Made by a program: the position numbers and the translations under genes
Notes under the pieces: generated by a model
What the model was told of the DNA's origin: nothing
The model's input: the letters and a program-made list of their open reading frames with translations, nothing else
Databases searched by the model: none
Shown here: positions 61,665-64,000 of the stretch, piece after piece
Layout: each line of letters begins with the position of its first letter
Numbering within the stretch: position 1 is the stretch's first letter
From: Deltaproteobacteria bacterium
GTDB lineage: Bacteria; SAR324; NAC60-12
DNA length: 64,000 nt
Assembly: GCA_038150265.1 (NCBI GenBank)
Contig: JAYOTF010000018.1
Coordinates: 2,458-66,457, forward strand
Direction: 5' to 3'

Positions 61665-62920
61665 GCGATTCCGACACCCTCAACGTCTGGCACGAACAGC
61701 GCCGGGTCGGTCAGCTCTGGCGCAAGACGACTGGGGCCATCGGATTTCGCTACGATCCCGAGTGGCTCACTGGCGGCTTCGCTGTGTCCCGCTCCCTGCC
61801 GCTGGCGGTCCGGGAATTCGCCCCGGAGGAAGGCACCGCGCAGCTCTGGTTCGCCAATCTTTTGCCTGAGGGGACGGTGCGTGACCACATCGTCCGCGAC
61901 CTCAAACTGCCGGATACGGATTTCGACCTGCTGCGCGCCATCGGCGGCGAGTGTGCCGGCGCGCTGTCAATTCTCCCTGTAGACCGACACCCCTCGGGCC
62001 AGCGGCAGTACCGTCCATTGACGGAGAAGGATCTGGCCGACCTCGCGGCACGCCGGGGACAGGTCTACGCGGTCGGGTCAGTGGAAGAGCGCCCGCGATT
62101 GTCGCTCGCCGGCGCCCAGGACAAGTGCCCGGTACTGATGCGCGACGATCAGGTTTTTCTGCCGCAGGGCGAAGCACCTTCCAGTCACATCCTGAAGTTC
62201 GAGTTGGCCGACTACCGGCACCTGCCCGCCTACGAGACCTTCACCACACAGTTGGCCGCGGCCATCGGCCTGCCGGTGGTCGATATCACTTTGCAGTCCA
62301 TCGGAAAAACTCGGTACGCACAGATTGCGCGCTATGATCGGCTTTCGGATGAACGCGGCGAAGTGCAGCGACTGCACCAGGAGGATTTCTGCCAGGCCTT
62401 GGGTTACGGTCACGAGAAGAAGTATCAGGAACACGGTGGCCCCTCCTTCGCGCAGTGTTACCGTATGGTGCAGGAGACCTCCAGCGAGCCCGCCATTGAT
62501 GTGCAGCGCCTGTTGCGCTGGCAGATTTTCAATGTGCTCGCGGGCAACTCGGACGGTCACGCCAAGAACCTCTCCCTGTTGCATTTGCCGGATGACGCAA
62601 CCCGTCTGGCACCATTCTATGACCTGGTATGCACACGCGCCATCGAACGCATCGACAACCGCCTCGCCTTCGATGTCGGCGGAGAGCGCAACCCCAGTGT
62701 GATCACTTCAGCCCACTGGGAGGCACTTGCCAAGGCGTGCGACGTGCGGCCACAATTTCTCGGCAATCTGGTGCGTGAGACCGCAGATGCGCTACAGGAG
62801 AAGATCGGCCCGGAACGAGAAAAATTCGAGGCCCATTACGGCGCCTATCCGGCATTGCAACGCATCGAGAAGGTCGTCGCCACGCAGTGCCGGCGCCTTG
62901 TGAATCCTCTGAAAAATTAA
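61661..62920 (+). CDS. hipA: HipA family Ser/Thr kinase toxin
   Basis: FANLLPEG, RLSLAGAQDK, HQEDFCQ, GNSDGHAKNLS, LAPFYD. Confidence 0.95.
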   Translation: MSDSDTLNVWHEQRRVGQLWRKTTGAIGFRYDPEWLTGGFAVSRSLPLAVREFAPEEGTAQLWFANLLPEGTVRDHIVRDLKLPDTDFDLLRAIGGECAGALSILPVDRHPSGQRQYRPLTEKDLADLAARRGQVYAVGSVEERPRLSLAGAQDKCPVLMRDDQVFLPQGEAPSSHILKFELADYRHLPAYETFTTQLAAAIGLPVVDITLQSIGKTRYAQIARYDRLSDERGEVQRLHQEDFCQALGYGHEKKYQEHGGPSFAQCYRMVQETSSEPAIDVQRLLRWQIFNVLAGNSDGHAKNLSLLHLPDDATRLAPFYDLVCTRAIERIDNRLAFDVGGERNPSVITSAHWEALAKACDVRPQFLGNLVRETADALQEKIGPEREKFEAHYGAYPALQRIEKVVATQCRRLVNPLKN

Positions 62921-62985
62921 GACACGGATCTTTCAGTTTAATTTTGATTGCCTCGCCAGCAGGACGTTCATGGTTGAGTTGAGTT

Positions 62986-63735
62986 TCATGGTGAAGACTC
63001 CAGTTGAAGCTCATGAAGGTGGGTCAGGGTGGCACCGAGGTGTCCGGTGACCGCTACGGCGATGCTTGCTCCCAGAAGCAGAAGCAGCCCCAGGGCGGTC
63101 CACCACGGACGAGCCGGCGTCGGCCCCTGGACCTGACGAATCAGCAGCACCAGGGAAGCTCCCACTGCCAGCCCGGTTGTGGTGTAGGCCGAGAGGTCGT
63201 GGGCTTCCAGAACCGCAAAGGCCTGCGGAGACAGCGACGCCACATGCGGATGAAATCCGAAGCTGGCTCCGAGTGCGCCAACCGTTCCTCCGAGCGTCGC
63301 CAACGTGGTGGCCCACTGTGGAGGCTCCGAACGCCTCCGCAACTCCAACAGGAGCAAAAGGAAGGCAAAGGGCAGCAGCACCACAGGAACATGAACCACC
63401 AACGGGTGCAGCGTCGGAAAGTCTTCCAGCGAGGCCCAAACAGCGCTGCTCGGTGCTTCGGGCGCGTCTTCCAGTTCAGAACTCTTCGGAGCCTGAAGAA
63501 CTGGGGCCACTTTCGGAACCGCTTCTACGGGAGGCAGGGTTTCAGCCTCTGGGGCTGGCTCTTCTTCCTCCACCGGAACCACTGGAGCCTGCTCTGGTTC
63601 AAGCTGCTGTGAGAGCGCTTCTGCTGGGGCCTCCGGAACCTCCGGAACGATTTTGGGCTCGTGTTTCTCATCTCCGTGTCCCCAGACACTTAAGCCCCAG
63701 AGCAGGAGCCCTCCAAGGAGTAACGTTCGCTTCAT
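62986..63735 (-). CDS. DUF2231-like membrane protein with His-tipped Pro/Glu-rich N-terminal extension
   Basis: Signal peptide MKRTLLL..., HGDEKHE; LHPLVVHVPV, EAH and GHLGATL motifs; GGAGG RBS. Confidence 0.75.
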   Translation of the reverse strand: MKRTLLLGGLLLWGLSVWGHGDEKHEPKIVPEVPEAPAEALSQQLEPEQAPVVPVEEEEPAPEAETLPPVEAVPKVAPVLQAPKSSELEDAPEAPSSAVWASLEDFPTLHPLVVHVPVVLLPFAFLLLLLELRRRSEPPQWATTLATLGGTVGALGASFGFHPHVASLSPQAFAVLEAHDLSAYTTTGLAVGASLVLLIRQVQGPTPARPWWTALGLLLLLGASIAVAVTGHLGATLTHLHELQLESSP

Positions 63736-64000
63736 GACCCCTCCAAGGGGCCACTCCCGAATGGTTGCTGGCCAGAGTGACTTGACGTCAGTGCGGCCTT
63801 GCCCCAACTGTGTGGAGGTTGAAGGTTGAGCGAGAGCTTCCAGCGGAACGGAGGGGCTCAGTTGAAGGTACATCCGCCCATCGACCACCGGAAGCAACAG
63901 GGGGCCTGCAGCCCACGGCGATCGCCGCGGCTGGCGATTTTGTTTGTGAGACATGATCCAAGAGGAGGACTGAGTTGAAAAAGGTGCAGGACGTGCTGCA

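Noticed and set aside
63736-64000. Upstream in-frame extension of the last ORF to 63954
   Set aside because: The signal peptide and RBS favour the start at 63735, and there is too little context at the window edge.

Overview
This is 64 kb of a GC-rich (roughly 63-65% by eye) bacterial chromosome, densely coding and mostly housekeeping or catabolic. The gene mix suggests a marine SAR324/Deltaproteobacteria-like organism, which is inference only. In order: an atypical M19 'dipeptidase' with a conserved unknown gene; arsR-arsC-acr3; an acyltransferase; a divergent PurD-like ATP-grasp gene with a coupled partner; a DUF1704/MATCAP-like peptidase-GGCT-Pip operon; fasciclin; sucA-sucB-lpdA-vanZ-hybrid kinase-amidase; msrA; bactofilin; hisA-hisF-trpF; leuB; topA; clpP; HupE/UreJ and DUF4198; hslO; nudK; tRNA-Asn; a branched-chain-type ABC transporter; a double-length UvrA; a LysR-linked cluster of peptide-type ABC transporter, enolase-superfamily racemase and heterotrimeric opine dehydrogenase; SRP RNA-dnaX-ybaB-lipoate ligase; hipBA; and a DUF2231-like gene. 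The strongest leads are (1) window-wide over-representation of the palindrome TCCGGA, (2) the opine/epimerase catabolic cluster, (3) the non-canonical PurD-like pair and (4) the MATCAP-GGCT-Pip operon. No CRISPR array, rRNA, integrase or transposase was seen. All family assignments come from motif recognition, not database searches.
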